Shown here piece by piece: positions 30,526-40,320 of a stretch of DNA of 64,000 nucleotides. Position numbers and translations under genes: made by a program. Location of the stretch: NCBI GenBank assembly GCA_035651015.1, contig DASRGN010000034.1, forward strand, positions 6,800-70,799, read 5' to 3'. The stretch's first letter is position 1, and every line of letters starts with the position of its first letter. The notes under the pieces were generated by a model that worked only from the letters and a program-made list of their open reading frames with translations, made no database searches and was not told the origin of the DNA. This stretch comes from Pseudolabrys sp. (lineage in GTDB: Bacteria > Pseudomonadota > Alphaproteobacteria > Rhizobiales > Xanthobacteraceae).

Positions 30526-30618
30526 CGTCATGCCCGCGCTTGTCGCGGGCATCCACGTCTTCTTGTCCGAATCACAGCTTGAAAGACGTGGATGGCCGGC
30601 ACAAGGCCGGCCATGACG
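30526..30618. repeat. Palindromic intergenic element, family C copy 1
   Basis: cgtcatgcccgcgcttgtcgcgggcatccacgtc...gacgtggatggccggcacaaggccggccatgacg. Confidence 0.8.
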
Positions 30619-30629
30619 GCTGCGGCAAG

Positions 30630-32285
30630 TCAGCGCGAGAACTTCTTGTACTTGATGCGATGCGGGATCGTTGAATCCGTACCCAGCCGCCGCATCTTGT
30701 CCTGCTCGTATTCCTGGAAGTTTCCCTCGAACCACTCGACATGGCTCTCGTCTTCGAAGGACAGGATGTGAGTTGCGATGCGGTCGAGGAACCAGCGGTC
30801 GTGGCTGATGATCACGGCGCAGCCGGCGAAGTCCTCGAGCGCCTCTTCCAGCGCGCGCAGCGTGTCGACGTCGAGGTCATTAGTCGGCTCGTCGAGCAGC
30901 AGCAGATTGGCGCCTGAGCGCAGCATCTTGGCGAGGTGCACGCGGTTGCGTTCACCGCCGGAGAGCTGGCCGACCTTCTTCTGCTGGTCCGAGCCCTTGA
31001 AGTTGAAGGCCGCGCAATAAGCCCGCGAGTTCACCTCGCGCTTGCCAAGGAGGAGAATGTCGTTGCCCTCGGAAATCTCCTCCCACACGGTCTTCTTGCC
31101 GTCGAGCGCGTCGCGCGACTGGTCGACATAGCCGAGCTGCACCGACTCGCCGACCTTGATCGAGCCGGCGTCGGGCTTCTCCTGGCCGACGATCATGCGG
31201 AACAGCGTGGTCTTGCCGGCACCGTTCGGGCCGATCACGCCGACGATGCCGCCCGGCGGCAGCTTGAAGGTCAGATCATCGATGAGGAGATGGTCGCCGT
31301 AGCCTTTGCGCAGGTGCTCGAAGTCCACCACGTTCTGCCCGAGCCGCTCCGCCACCGGGATGACGATCTGCGCGGTCTGGGTCTGCTTCTCACTCGCCTG
31401 CTTGAGCAGCTCCTCGTAGCGTTGATAGCGCGCTTTCGACTTGGCCTGCCGCGCCCGCGGCGAGGCGCCGATCCATTCCTGCTCGCGCGCGAGCGTGCGC
31501 TGGCGCGCCTCTTCCTCGCGGCCTTCCTGCTCGAGGCGCTTCTGCTTCTGCCCGAGCCAGGAGGAGTAGTTGCCCTGATAGGGAATGCCGTGGCCGCGAT
31601 CGAGCTCGAGGATCCAGCCGGTGACATTGTCGAGGAAGTAGCGGTCGTGGGTCACGATCAGGATGGCGCCGGGATAGTTGCGCAGATGCCCTTCGAGCCA
31701 GGCCACGCTTTCGGCGTCGAGATGGTTGGTCGGCTCGTCGAGCAGCAGCAGATTCGGCTGCTCGAGCAGAAGCTTGCACAGTGCCACGCGGCGGCGCTCA
31801 CCGCCGGAGAGCTTGGCGACGTCGGCATCGTCGTCAGGGCAGCGCAGCGCATCCATGGCCTGAGTCACCTGAGCATCGAGATCCCAGAGGTTCTGGCTGT
31901 CGATAGCGTCCTGCAGCTTCGCCATCTCGTCGGCGGTCTCGTCGGAATAGTTGGAGGCGATCTCGTTGTAGCGGTCGAGCAGCGCGCGCTTGGCGGCGAC
32001 GCCCTCCATGACGTTCTCGCGCACCGTCTTATCAGGATCGAGCTGCGGCTCCTGCGGCAGGTAGCCGACCGTCGCACCTTCCGCGACCCAGGCCTCACCG
32101 CTGAACTCCGTGTCGATGCCGCCCATGATGCGCAGCAGCGTCGACTTGCCGGAACCGTTGACGCCGAGCACGCCGATCTTGGCGTCCGGGTAAAACTGGA
32201 GATGGATGTTGTCCAAGACCTTGCGGCCGCCCGGATAGGTCTTGGACAGGCCCTGCATGTGGTAGATGAATTGGCGACCGTTCAT
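30630..32285 (-). CDS. ettA: Energy-dependent translational throttle A (ABC-F)
   Basis: Two ABC cassettes ([31 protein letters not shown]); ends HRIKYKK. Confidence 0.97.
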   Translation of the reverse strand: MNGRQFIYHMQGLSKTYPGGRKVLDNIHLQFYPDAKIGVLGVNGSGKSTLLRIMGGIDTEFSGEAWVAEGATVGYLPQEPQLDPDKTVRENVMEGVAAKRALLDRYNEIASNYSDETADEMAKLQDAIDSQNLWDLDAQVTQAMDALRCPDDDADVAKLSGGERRRVALCKLLLEQPNLLLLDEPTNHLDAESVAWLEGHLRNYPGAILIVTHDRYFLDNVTGWILELDRGHGIPYQGNYSSWLGQKQKRLEQEGREEEARQRTLAREQEWIGASPRARQAKSKARYQRYEELLKQASEKQTQTAQIVIPVAERLGQNVVDFEHLRKGYGDHLLIDDLTFKLPPGGIVGVIGPNGAGKTTLFRMIVGQEKPDAGSIKVGESVQLGYVDQSRDALDGKKTVWEEISEGNDILLLGKREVNSRAYCAAFNFKGSDQQKKVGQLSGGERNRVHLAKMLRSGANLLLLDEPTNDLDVDTLRALEEALEDFAGCAVIISHDRWFLDRIATHILSFEDESHVEWFEGNFQEYEQDKMRRLGTDSTIPHRIKYKKFSR

Positions 32286-32317
32286 TGACGTCCTCGTGCG
32301 CGGAAAGGCCGCCTTAC

Positions 32318-32485
32318 AAGTGCGGCCGATTTGAAGTTCCTGTCCCACCCGCAGCGATTTCGTTCAGGAACTTCAAAATCGAAAAGCCGCACTAGAATCA
32401 TATGCTTGCTAGTGCCCCTTTGCTTCCGAAGTTCGTGTCCGAGAGTGCCGCGATGTTTCACGAACTTCGGAAGCGGGGCACTAGT
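32318..32485. repeat. Double-hairpin element, family D copy 2 (inverted relative to copy 1)
   Basis: GAAGTTC/GAACTTC hairpins, ctagtgcccc/ggggcactag ends, spacer aatcatatgcttg. Confidence 0.8.
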
Positions 32486-32727
32486 CGCCACCGCTGACAT
32501 TGTCGGGAAAATCGCCGCTGATGTAGCGGCGCGGCTGCGAAAGAGCAAGCCGCGGTTCCTTCAGTAAAGGCTCTGGAAAGGCTGTTCGGAAATCGGCGGT
32601 GGCGGGCTGCCGCGCGAACCCACCCTTAAGACCTTCGGGCGCATACTGCCAACCATGAACCGGGTCGCGTCAAGGCGCGACCAAGGGACATGCGGCCGAT
32701 CAAGGTCGCAGTTCCGGGGACGATGTC

Positions 32728-32928
32728 ATGGGACGCGCAATCGCAGCCATTTCGATCCAGGCCGCAGCCCTGCTGCCCCGTCCCGCGATTTTCGCCCCGT
32801 CGCAAGCCGTCGAGGCGCTCCGCAAGATGCTGCGCGAGCTGTTCAACCCCTACCATCCCGAGCGCCATTACATGCGCGGCCCCGGCCCGAAATGGCGCGA
32901 GAAGCACGGCCAAATCGCCATCTTCTGA
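32728..32928 (+). CDS. Small hypothetical protein with PYHPERHYMRGPGPKW motif
   Basis: Distinctive C-terminal motif that I recall from conserved rhizobial small proteins; unverified. Confidence 0.6.
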   Translation: MGRAIAAISIQAAALLPRPAIFAPSQAVEALRKMLRELFNPYHPERHYMRGPGPKWREKHGQIAIF

Positions 32929-32943
32929 GCTGATCCACTGCTT

Positions 32944-33021
32944 GTCGTTGCCGGGCTTGACCCGGCAACCCATCCCCTTTGCTTGATCTGATGGATGCGC
33001 GGGACGAGCCCGCGCATGACG
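32944..33021. repeat. Palindromic intergenic element, family C copy 2
   Basis: gtcgttgccgggcttgacccggcaacccatc...gatggatgcgcgggacgagcccgcgcatgacg. Confidence 0.75.
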
Positions 33022-33098
33022 AGGGCGGAGGGTCCTTGTCGTTTGCCCGCGCCTGTGGTGAGTCGGCGGGCTTTTGGCGTGGCGATGAGGACAGGGAC

Positions 33099-34064
33099 AT
33101 GGCGTATCGCGGGGCAATTCTCGACGACTACCAGAACGTGGTGCTGAAGACGGCCGACTGGTCGGGCGTGACCAAGGACATCGATTTCACGGTGTTCAAC
33201 GAGCCGATCCTCGGCGGGCCGGACAAGGTGGTCGCCGCGCTCAAGGACTTCGAGATCGTCTGCCTGATGCGTGAGCGCACGCTGTTCCGCGCCGACGTGA
33301 TCAACGCCCTACCCAAGCTCAAGCTGATCCTGACCAGCGGCATGCGCAACGCGGCGATCGACGTGAACGCCGCGGCGGAGCGCGGCATCCCGGTCTGCGG
33401 CACCGAGTCGCTCGGCCACCCGACCGCGGAGCTGACCTTCGGGCTGATGCTCGAGCTCACCCGCCACATCGGCTACGAGAACGCCCGCATGAAGGCCGGG
33501 CAAAAGTGGCAGATCACGATCGGCGAGGACCTCAACGGCAAGACGCTCGGCATTCTCGGGCTCGGCAAGCTCGGCTCACGGGTCGCCAAGGTCGGCAAGG
33601 CCTTCGGCATGAAAGTCATAGCCTGGAGCCAGAACCTCACCGCCGAAAAGGCCGCCGAGGCCGGCGCCACGCTGGTGAGCAAGGAAGAGCTGTTCAAGCA
33701 ATCCGACTTCGTCACCGTGCATCTGCAACTCAGCGGCCGCACCAAGGGCCTGGTCGGCGCCGCCGAATTGGGGCTGATGAAGCCGACCGCTTACTTCATC
33801 AATACCTCGCGCGGTCCCATTGCGGACGAGAAGGCGATCGAAGCCGCGCTGCGCGGCAAGAAGATCAAAGGCGCCGCGCTCGACGTCTACGATGTCGAGC
33901 CGCTGGCGCTCGACCACCCGTTCCGCAAGCTCGACAATCTGATCACCACGCCGCACCTCGGCTATGTCACCGCCGAAAATTACAAGGGCTATTTCGTGCA
34001 GTTCGTCGAAGACCTGCGCGCCTGGCTCGACGGCAAGCCGGTAAGGGTCATTCCGGCGAAGTGA
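33099..34064 (+). CDS. D-2-hydroxyacid dehydrogenase family protein
   Basis: LGLGKLG, INTSRG, ALDVYDVEP, TPHLGY. Confidence 0.92.
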   Translation: MAYRGAILDDYQNVVLKTADWSGVTKDIDFTVFNEPILGGPDKVVAALKDFEIVCLMRERTLFRADVINALPKLKLILTSGMRNAAIDVNAAAERGIPVCGTESLGHPTAELTFGLMLELTRHIGYENARMKAGQKWQITIGEDLNGKTLGILGLGKLGSRVAKVGKAFGMKVIAWSQNLTAEKAAEAGATLVSKEELFKQSDFVTVHLQLSGRTKGLVGAAELGLMKPTAYFINTSRGPIADEKAIEAALRGKKIKGAALDVYDVEPLALDHPFRKLDNLITTPHLGYVTAENYKGYFVQFVEDLRAWLDGKPVRVIPAK

Positions 34065-34065
34065 C

Positions 34066-35016
34066 TTAGAGGCGGAAGAACTTCGCCGCGTTCTCGTAAG
34101 CCACAGCCATCCTCACCTTCTCGTCCATTGCGGCACCGTCCATGTATTGCGCGGCCTCGTCAGAAGACTCGAACGGATAATCCGCCGCGAACATCACGTG
34201 ATCAAGCCCGAGCGCGGCAATGGCACAGTCGAGCGGCTCGTTGGAGTACATGCCGGAATTGGCCACGTAGAGATTGCGCTTGATGTAGAACGACGGCGGA
34301 TGCGGCAGACTGAAGCCGTAGAGCTTGGAGCGGCTGTCGAAGCGCCAGAGGAGATAGGGCAGCGTCTCGCCCATATGCCCGAGCATCAGCTTCACCTTCG
34401 GGAAGCGCTCGAAGATGCCGGCAAAGACGAGCCGCAACGCATGCGAGCCGGTCTCAAAGCCCCATTCCCAGGTGGCGCGGCGCAGCGCGCGATGGCCGTC
34501 GAGAACGCCCGCTACCGACACCGGATCGGTCGGATGGATATAGATCACGGCGCCGAGCGCGTCGGCACGCTCCCAGAATGGCGCCAGCGACGGGTGATCG
34601 AGATATTGCCCGTTGGTGTGGCCGTTGATCATGGCGCCGCAGAATTTGAGCTCGCGGACCGAACGCTCAAGCTCGTCGGCGGCGGCCTTGGCGTCCTGCA
34701 TGGCGAGATGCGCAAAGCCTGAATAACGATCCGGGCGCTTGGCGATCTCCTTGGCGAGGAAGTCGTTGCCCGCTTTGGCGGTGCGCACGGCCTTGGCCAC
34801 ATCGGGCTCGGCCTGCACACCAGGGCCGGTGATCGAGAGCACCGCGCGCGTAATGCCGCAGCGGTCCATGGTCTCGAGCCGCTGGCCGGAGAAATCCGAG
34901 AGCTGCTTGATCAGGCGATCGACGCGCTCGGGCGCGACCTCGCTCATGGTCGGCCGCCAATAATCCTCGAAGCCGGGGTAAAGAAAGTGTTCTTCCAGCG
35001 CGATTTTCTTGACCAC
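34066..35016 (-). CDS. Amidohydrolase_2 non-oxidative aromatic acid decarboxylase (gamma-resorcylate/LigW-like)
   Basis: IALEEHF, YIHP, LGHMGETLP and AADYPF metal ligands; GTG start with GGAGA RBS. Confidence 0.85.
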   Translation of the reverse strand: MVKKIALEEHFLYPGFEDYWRPTMSEVAPERVDRLIKQLSDFSGQRLETMDRCGITRAVLSITGPGVQAEPDVAKAVRTAKAGNDFLAKEIAKRPDRYSGFAHLAMQDAKAAADELERSVRELKFCGAMINGHTNGQYLDHPSLAPFWERADALGAVIYIHPTDPVSVAGVLDGHRALRRATWEWGFETGSHALRLVFAGIFERFPKVKLMLGHMGETLPYLLWRFDSRSKLYGFSLPHPPSFYIKRNLYVANSGMYSNEPLDCAIAALGLDHVMFAADYPFESSDEAAQYMDGAAMDEKVRMAVAYENAAKFFRL

Positions 35017-35067
35017 GGCCTCTCCCAGAATCCGGACACTTGCCTGTCCGGCGCATTTGGTGTTTCT

Positions 35068-35103
35068 TGTACCGTATATTGAGCTTAAGTGTACCGCGAT
35101 ACA
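35068..35103. promoter_or_regulatory. Candidate IclR operator pair
   Basis: TGTACCGTATATTG and TGTACCGCGATACA, starting 22 bp apart in the divergent promoter. Confidence 0.4.
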
Positions 35104-35156
35104 AGGCATAAGAACCTTGCTGCGGACAAAGTCCAGGGCGGAGCGTCGCGTATCCC

Positions 35157-35930
35157 ATGAACAAGCAGCTCGTTCCCAACGAGAAGAGCCAGGTGCAGGT
35201 GATCGCGCGCGCGGCGACGATCCTGCGCGCGCTGGAAGATGAAAATGCCGGGCTGAGCCTCGGGCAGATCGCGCAGCGCGTGAACCTCGCCCGCTCAACC
35301 GTGCAACGCATCGTCGCGGCGCTGGAGACCGAGAAGCTGGTCATCGCCGCCTCGCCGAACGGCCGCGTGCGGCTCGGACCGACCATCCTGCGGCTCGCCG
35401 CTTCGGTGCGCAGCGACTTCGTCTCCATGGCGCGGCCGTTCCTGGTGCGCCTGTCCAACGAGCTACGCGAAACCGTCGACCTGTCGATGGTGAAGAAAGA
35501 TCACCTGGTGTTCATCGACCAGGTGATCGGCTCGCACCGCCTGCGCACAGTGTCTGCGGTCGGCGAGACCTTCCCGCTGCATTGCACCGCCAATGGCAAG
35601 GCTTACCTCGCCACACTCGACGATCCGGCGATCGAGCGGCTGATCGGCCGCCACTATGAGGCGCGCACGCCGAAGACGCTCACCAAATTCGAGACGCTCA
35701 GCGCCGAGCTCAAGCCGGTGCGCAGGAGCGGCGTCGCCTTCGACCGCGAGGAGCATACGCTCGGCATCTGCGCCACCGGCGTCGCCATGCAGGATCCGCT
35801 CGGCAACTGGGTCGCGATCTCGGTGCCGGTGCCGACGCTGCGCTTCCAGAACCAGCACGCGATGATTGCCGAGCGCCTCTCCGCCACCAAGCACGCGCTC
35901 GAAGCGCACATGAACTCGATCGCGGCGTAA
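35157..35930 (+). CDS. IclR family regulator
   Basis: SLGQIAQRVNLARSTVQRI HTH; HCTANGKA; FDREEH. Confidence 0.95.
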   Translation: MNKQLVPNEKSQVQVIARAATILRALEDENAGLSLGQIAQRVNLARSTVQRIVAALETEKLVIAASPNGRVRLGPTILRLAASVRSDFVSMARPFLVRLSNELRETVDLSMVKKDHLVFIDQVIGSHRLRTVSAVGETFPLHCTANGKAYLATLDDPAIERLIGRHYEARTPKTLTKFETLSAELKPVRRSGVAFDREEHTLGICATGVAMQDPLGNWVAISVPVPTLRFQNQHAMIAERLSATKHALEAHMNSIAA

Positions 35931-35995
35931 GCGTCAGGCTTGCGCTGAATCAAGAAACGCAAGGCGCGCCAGCGCTGCAACAAGGAGACTAAGCC

Positions 35996-36838
35996 GTGGC
36001 CAAAAGAATTCGCGGCGTCATGTTCGAGGAAAACCTGAACAACAGCATGGGGCTGCAGTTCTACAACCTGTCCCATCGCTTCGGCTATCAGTCCCCGAAC
36101 TGGCCGTATTTCGAAGACGTCAAGATCGAACGCATCCACTACATGGCGAAGTCGGGCGTGCTGTCGCAGCGCATTACGACGTCCATGCACAACACCACGC
36201 ATATCGACGCGCCGGCGCATGTGGTGCAGGGCACGCCATTCATCGACGAGGTGCCGCTGCCGCACTTCTTCGGCTCGGGCATCGTGATCTCGATCCCGAA
36301 GAAGAAGTGGGAGCCGATCACCTATGACGATCTGCAGAAGGCCGCCGGCAAGATCGTGCGCCCGCGCGACGTGGTGATCGTCAACACCGGCTGGCACAAG
36401 CTCTACGACGACAGCGAGGACTATTTCTGCCGCTCGCCCGGCTTCGTGCCTTCCGCCGCGAAATGGTTCATCGAGAAGAAGGTGAAGGTCGTCGGCCACG
36501 ACACCCAGGCCAACGACCATCCGCTCGCCACTGCCATCGGTCCGCAGCGCAACGGCCCCTTACATCCGCATCTCGCCCAGGAATACAAGGAATGGTCCGG
36601 CGGCCGCGACTGGAAGGATGACTTCCCGGAATGGGAGCCGGTGCACCGCGCGCTGTTCAAGAACGGCATCATGGGCATCGAGAATGTCGGCGGCGACATC
36701 GACAAGGTCACCGGCCGGCGCTGCACCTTCGCCTATTTCCCGTGGAACTGGGATCGTGGCGACGGTTGCATCGTGCGCCTCGTCGCCATGCTCGATCCGA
36801 AACAGAAATTCCGGATCGAGCGCGGGGAGAAGTTCTGA
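35996..36838 (+). CDS. Cyclase family (kynurenine formamidase-like) metal hydrolase
   Basis: MHNTTHIDAPAH motif, VVIVNTGW, GIENV. Confidence 0.88.
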   Translation: MAKRIRGVMFEENLNNSMGLQFYNLSHRFGYQSPNWPYFEDVKIERIHYMAKSGVLSQRITTSMHNTTHIDAPAHVVQGTPFIDEVPLPHFFGSGIVISIPKKKWEPITYDDLQKAAGKIVRPRDVVIVNTGWHKLYDDSEDYFCRSPGFVPSAAKWFIEKKVKVVGHDTQANDHPLATAIGPQRNGPLHPHLAQEYKEWSGGRDWKDDFPEWEPVHRALFKNGIMGIENVGGDIDKVTGRRCTFAYFPWNWDRGDGCIVRLVAMLDPKQKFRIERGEKF

Positions 36839-37176
36839 TGATCGTGCGCAAATTCTCCGAAGCCAAACCTTACGAAGCACCGAACCATCGCGAGTACAAG
36901 TCGTTCCGCGTGTTCGGCGCCGAGATGGGCGGTTCGCAAACGCTCGTCTTCGGCATTTCCCACTTCCTGCCGGGCGGCGGCGCCGGGCCGGACTCCTCGC
37001 CGCCGGAGAAGATCTACTACGTGCTGGCCGGCGAGCTTACCGTGATCGCCGGCGGCAAAGAGCAGGTCATCAAAGCCGGCGACGCTTGCTATATCGGTCC
37101 CAACGAAAGCCGCGAGATCATCAATCGCGGCCATGATGTCTGCACGATTGCGGTCGCGGTCGCGCCGGTGAAATGA
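36838..37176 (+). CDS. Small cupin protein
   Basis: EKIYYVLAGEL and GDACYIGPNESR cupin strands; canonical His ligands not evident. Confidence 0.8.
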   Translation: MIVRKFSEAKPYEAPNHREYKSFRVFGAEMGGSQTLVFGISHFLPGGGAGPDSSPPEKIYYVLAGELTVIAGGKEQVIKAGDACYIGPNESREIINRGHDVCTIAVAVAPVK

Positions 37177-37200
37177 ACTGAGGGCAACAACAAGCGCCGG

Positions 37201-37282
37201 CGTCATCGCCCGCGCAGGCGGGCGATCCAGTAAACGCCGACCGTTGTGATTACTGGATGCCCCGCCTTCGCGGGGCATGACA
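37201..37282. repeat. Palindromic intergenic element, family C-like copy 3
   Basis: cgtcatcgcccgcgcaggcgggcgatccagta...tactggatgccccgccttcgcggggcatgac. Confidence 0.7.
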
Positions 37283-37304
37283 GGCTGTGCAGGTAGGAAA
37301 CGCC

Positions 37305-38108
37305 ATGTCCGAAGACTTTCTGAAAAATCCGCTGTCGCTGTTCGACGTCAAAGGCAAGGTCGCCATCGTGACTGGTGCGTCCGGCGCCTTCGGCGCGCTG
37401 GCGGCGAAAGTGCTGGCTGGCGCCGGCGCGCATGTCGTGCTCGCCGCCGGCAAGGCCGACGAGCTCAAGAAGGTCGCCGCCGAATGCGAGGCGCTGGGAG
37501 CCAAGACCGCGAGCGTCGCCGTGCGCCCGAGCTCGGAAGCCAATTGCGACAGAATCGTGCAGGCCGCGGTCGATAAATTCGGCCGCGTCGACATTCTCGT
37601 CGTCGGCTCCGGCAAGAACGATGTGTCGAAGATTACCGACATGGCACCGGAGCGTTTCCTCGATGTCATGGACGCCAATGTCACGCAGTCTTGGCTGATC
37701 GCACGCGCCGCCGGCAAGCAGATGCTCAAGCAGGGCGAGGGCGGCAAGGTGATCCTCATGTCGTCCGCGCGCGGGCTCCTCGGCCATCCGGCCGGCTACA
37801 CCGCCTATTGCGCGTCGAAATCCGCCGTCGACGGCATCACCAAGGCGCTCGGCTGCGAATGGGGCGACACCGGCATCACGGTGAACGCCATCGCGCCGAC
37901 CGTCTTCCGCTCGGCGCTGACCGCATGGATGTTCGATGACACCGATCGCGCCAAGGACGTGCGTAAGGCGTTCCTCGCCCGCGTGCCGAAGGGCCGGCTC
38001 GGCGAAGCGTCCGACCTCGCCGGACCGCTCCTCTTCCTCGCCTCGCGCGCATCGGATTTCTACACCGGCCACATCCTCTACGCGGACGGCGGCTATACGG
38101 CGGGCTGA
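37305..38108 (+). CDS. SDR oxidoreductase (gluconate 5-dehydrogenase-like)
   Basis: TGASGAFG, YCASK, VNAIAP. Confidence 0.9.
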   Translation: MSEDFLKNPLSLFDVKGKVAIVTGASGAFGALAAKVLAGAGAHVVLAAGKADELKKVAAECEALGAKTASVAVRPSSEANCDRIVQAAVDKFGRVDILVVGSGKNDVSKITDMAPERFLDVMDANVTQSWLIARAAGKQMLKQGEGGKVILMSSARGLLGHPAGYTAYCASKSAVDGITKALGCEWGDTGITVNAIAPTVFRSALTAWMFDDTDRAKDVRKAFLARVPKGRLGEASDLAGPLLFLASRASDFYTGHILYADGGYTAG

Positions 38109-38112
38109 TATT

Positions 38113-39018
38113 ATGAGCAAAGCGCGTATCGCCGTGATCGGTGCCGGGCTGATGGGCCACGGCATCGCGCAGGTGTTCGCGCTCGCCGGCCATGACGTCA
38201 GCATCTACGATTCTTTCGCCGCGACGCTGTCGAGCGCCAAGGAGCGCGTCGCCGCCAATCTGCGCGATCTCGGCGACGACACGACCGCCGTCGAACGGGT
38301 GACGCCGATCGCGGACCTCGCGCAAGCCGTGCGCGACGCCGATTATGTAGTCGAGGCAGTGCTCGAGGATCTGCCGCTGAAGCAGAAGCTGTTCGCCGAG
38401 ATCGAGCAGCATGTGCGCGGCAACACCATCCTCGCCAGCAACACATCGGTCATCCCGATCACCAAGATCATGGAGGGCCTGCGCGATCGCTCACGCGCGC
38501 TCGGCACCCACTGGTGGAATCCGCCCTATCTGGTGCCGCTGGTCGAAGTGATCGAGACGCAGTGGACCGCGCCAAAGGTCGTCGACTGGACCATGGCGCT
38601 GCATCGCGACGCGGGGAAGAAGCCGGCGCATGTGAAGAAGGACGTGCCGGGCTTCATCGGCAACCGGTTGCAACACGCTTTGTGGCGCGAGGCGATCGCG
38701 CTGGTCGAGCACGGGGTTTGCGATGCGCAGACCGTCGATGAGGTGATCAAGGCCGCGTTCGGACGCCGGCTGGCGGTCCTTGGGCCGCTGGAGAATGCCG
38801 ACATGGTCGGCACTGATCTGACGCTGGCGATCCACAAGACCGTGCTCGGCGATATCGACAGCCGTCCCGGCCCCTCGCCCTATCTCGAAGCATTGGTGAA
38901 AACCGGTAAGCTGGGCTTCAAAAGCGGCGAAGGCTTCCGCAGTTGGAGCCCGGAGCAGCAGGCTGCGCTGCGCCAAAAAGTGCTGGAGCACCTGAAGAAC
39001 GCGCGGGCGCAGGACTAA
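38113..39018 (+). CDS. 3-hydroxyacyl-CoA dehydrogenase family protein
   Basis: GAGLMGHG, EAVLEDL, ASNTS, HWWNPP, PGFIGNRL. Confidence 0.9.
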   Translation: MSKARIAVIGAGLMGHGIAQVFALAGHDVSIYDSFAATLSSAKERVAANLRDLGDDTTAVERVTPIADLAQAVRDADYVVEAVLEDLPLKQKLFAEIEQHVRGNTILASNTSVIPITKIMEGLRDRSRALGTHWWNPPYLVPLVEVIETQWTAPKVVDWTMALHRDAGKKPAHVKKDVPGFIGNRLQHALWREAIALVEHGVCDAQTVDEVIKAAFGRRLAVLGPLENADMVGTDLTLAIHKTVLGDIDSRPGPSPYLEALVKTGKLGFKSGEGFRSWSPEQQAALRQKVLEHLKNARAQD

Positions 39019-39029
39019 GGGAGACGACC

Positions 39030-40307
39030 ATGGCTCAGCAAACGACGATCTCACGGCGGACGCTGGTCAAGTCTGGCATCGGCGCATTGGCGGCGCCGGC
39101 GCTGCTCGGCGTCAGTGACGCGCAGGCGCAATCGGCAGTGATCAAGATCGGCCTGGTGAGCCCACGCACCGGACCGCTGGCCGGCTTCGGCGAGGCCGAC
39201 GGCTTCATCATCGACCAGGTGCGCAGCGTGCTCGCCAAGGGTCTGAGCAATAGCGGCAAGACCTACAAGGTCGAGATCATCGCCAAGGACAGCCAGTCGA
39301 ATGCCAGCCGTGCGTCGGAAGTCGCGTCCGAGCTCATCCTCGGCGACAAGGTCAACCTGATCATCGCCTCGGCGACGCCCGACACCACCAATCCGGTCGC
39401 CGACCAGGCGGAGGTCAACGAGGTCCCCTGCATCACCACCAATTGCCCGTGGCAGCCTTATTTCTTCGGCCGTAACGGCGATCCGGCGAAGGGCTTCACC
39501 TGGACCTACCATTTCTTCTGGGGGCTCGAAGACGTCATCGGCGCGTTCCTGGCTTTGTGGGACGAGTTGCCGACCAACAAGGTTGTCGGAGGCCTATTCC
39601 CCAACGACGCCGACGGCAATGCCTGGGGCGATCCCAAGCTCGGCCTGCCGCCTTCCTTGTCGAAAGCCGGCTACAAGCTCATCGATCCCGGCCGCTATCA
39701 GCTGATGAACAACGACTTCACCTCGCAGATCTCGGCGTTCAAGGCGGCGGGCGCGGAGATCGTCACCGGCAACATGATCCCGCCCGACTTCGCCACCTTC
39801 TGGTCGCAGGCGGCGCAGCAGGGCTTCAAGCCGAAGGTCGTCACCATCGGCAAGGCGCTCCTCTTCCCGTCGGTGATCGATTCACTGGGCGTCCGCGGCA
39901 ACGGGCTCACCAGCGAGGTCTGGTGGACGCCGCACCATCCCTACAAGTCAGGCCTCACCGGCCAGAGCGCAAAGGCGCTCACCGACGCGTATACCGCCGC
40001 GACCAAGCGGCCGTGGACGCAGCCGATCGGCTTCCAGCACGCGCTGTTCGAGGTGGCGATAGACGTGCTCAAGCGCGCCAAGAATCCAGCCGATGCCAAG
40101 TCGATCCTCGATGCCATTATCGCCACCGACTACAAGTCGATCGTTGGCCCGGTGAAATGGACCGGACAGCCGGTGAAGAACGTCACCAAGACGCCGCTCG
40201 TTGCCGGGCAGTGGCAGAAACAGGGCGACAAGTTCGAGCTGGTGATCGCCGAGAACAAGACCGCGCCGGATATCCCGCTCGGCGGCAAGCTCAAGCCGCT
40301 CTCGTAA
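39030..40307 (+). CDS. HAAT-type ABC substrate-binding protein with Tat signal
   Basis: SRRTLVK twin-arginine leader; IKIGLVSPRTGPLAGFG. Confidence 0.92.
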   Translation: MAQQTTISRRTLVKSGIGALAAPALLGVSDAQAQSAVIKIGLVSPRTGPLAGFGEADGFIIDQVRSVLAKGLSNSGKTYKVEIIAKDSQSNASRASEVASELILGDKVNLIIASATPDTTNPVADQAEVNEVPCITTNCPWQPYFFGRNGDPAKGFTWTYHFFWGLEDVIGAFLALWDELPTNKVVGGLFPNDADGNAWGDPKLGLPPSLSKAGYKLIDPGRYQLMNNDFTSQISAFKAAGAEIVTGNMIPPDFATFWSQAAQQGFKPKVVTIGKALLFPSVIDSLGVRGNGLTSEVWWTPHHPYKSGLTGQSAKALTDAYTAATKRPWTQPIGFQHALFEVAIDVLKRAKNPADAKSILDAIIATDYKSIVGPVKWTGQPVKNVTKTPLVAGQWQKQGDKFELVIAENKTAPDIPLGGKLKPLS

Positions 40308-40320
40308 TCGCCGGCACTGC

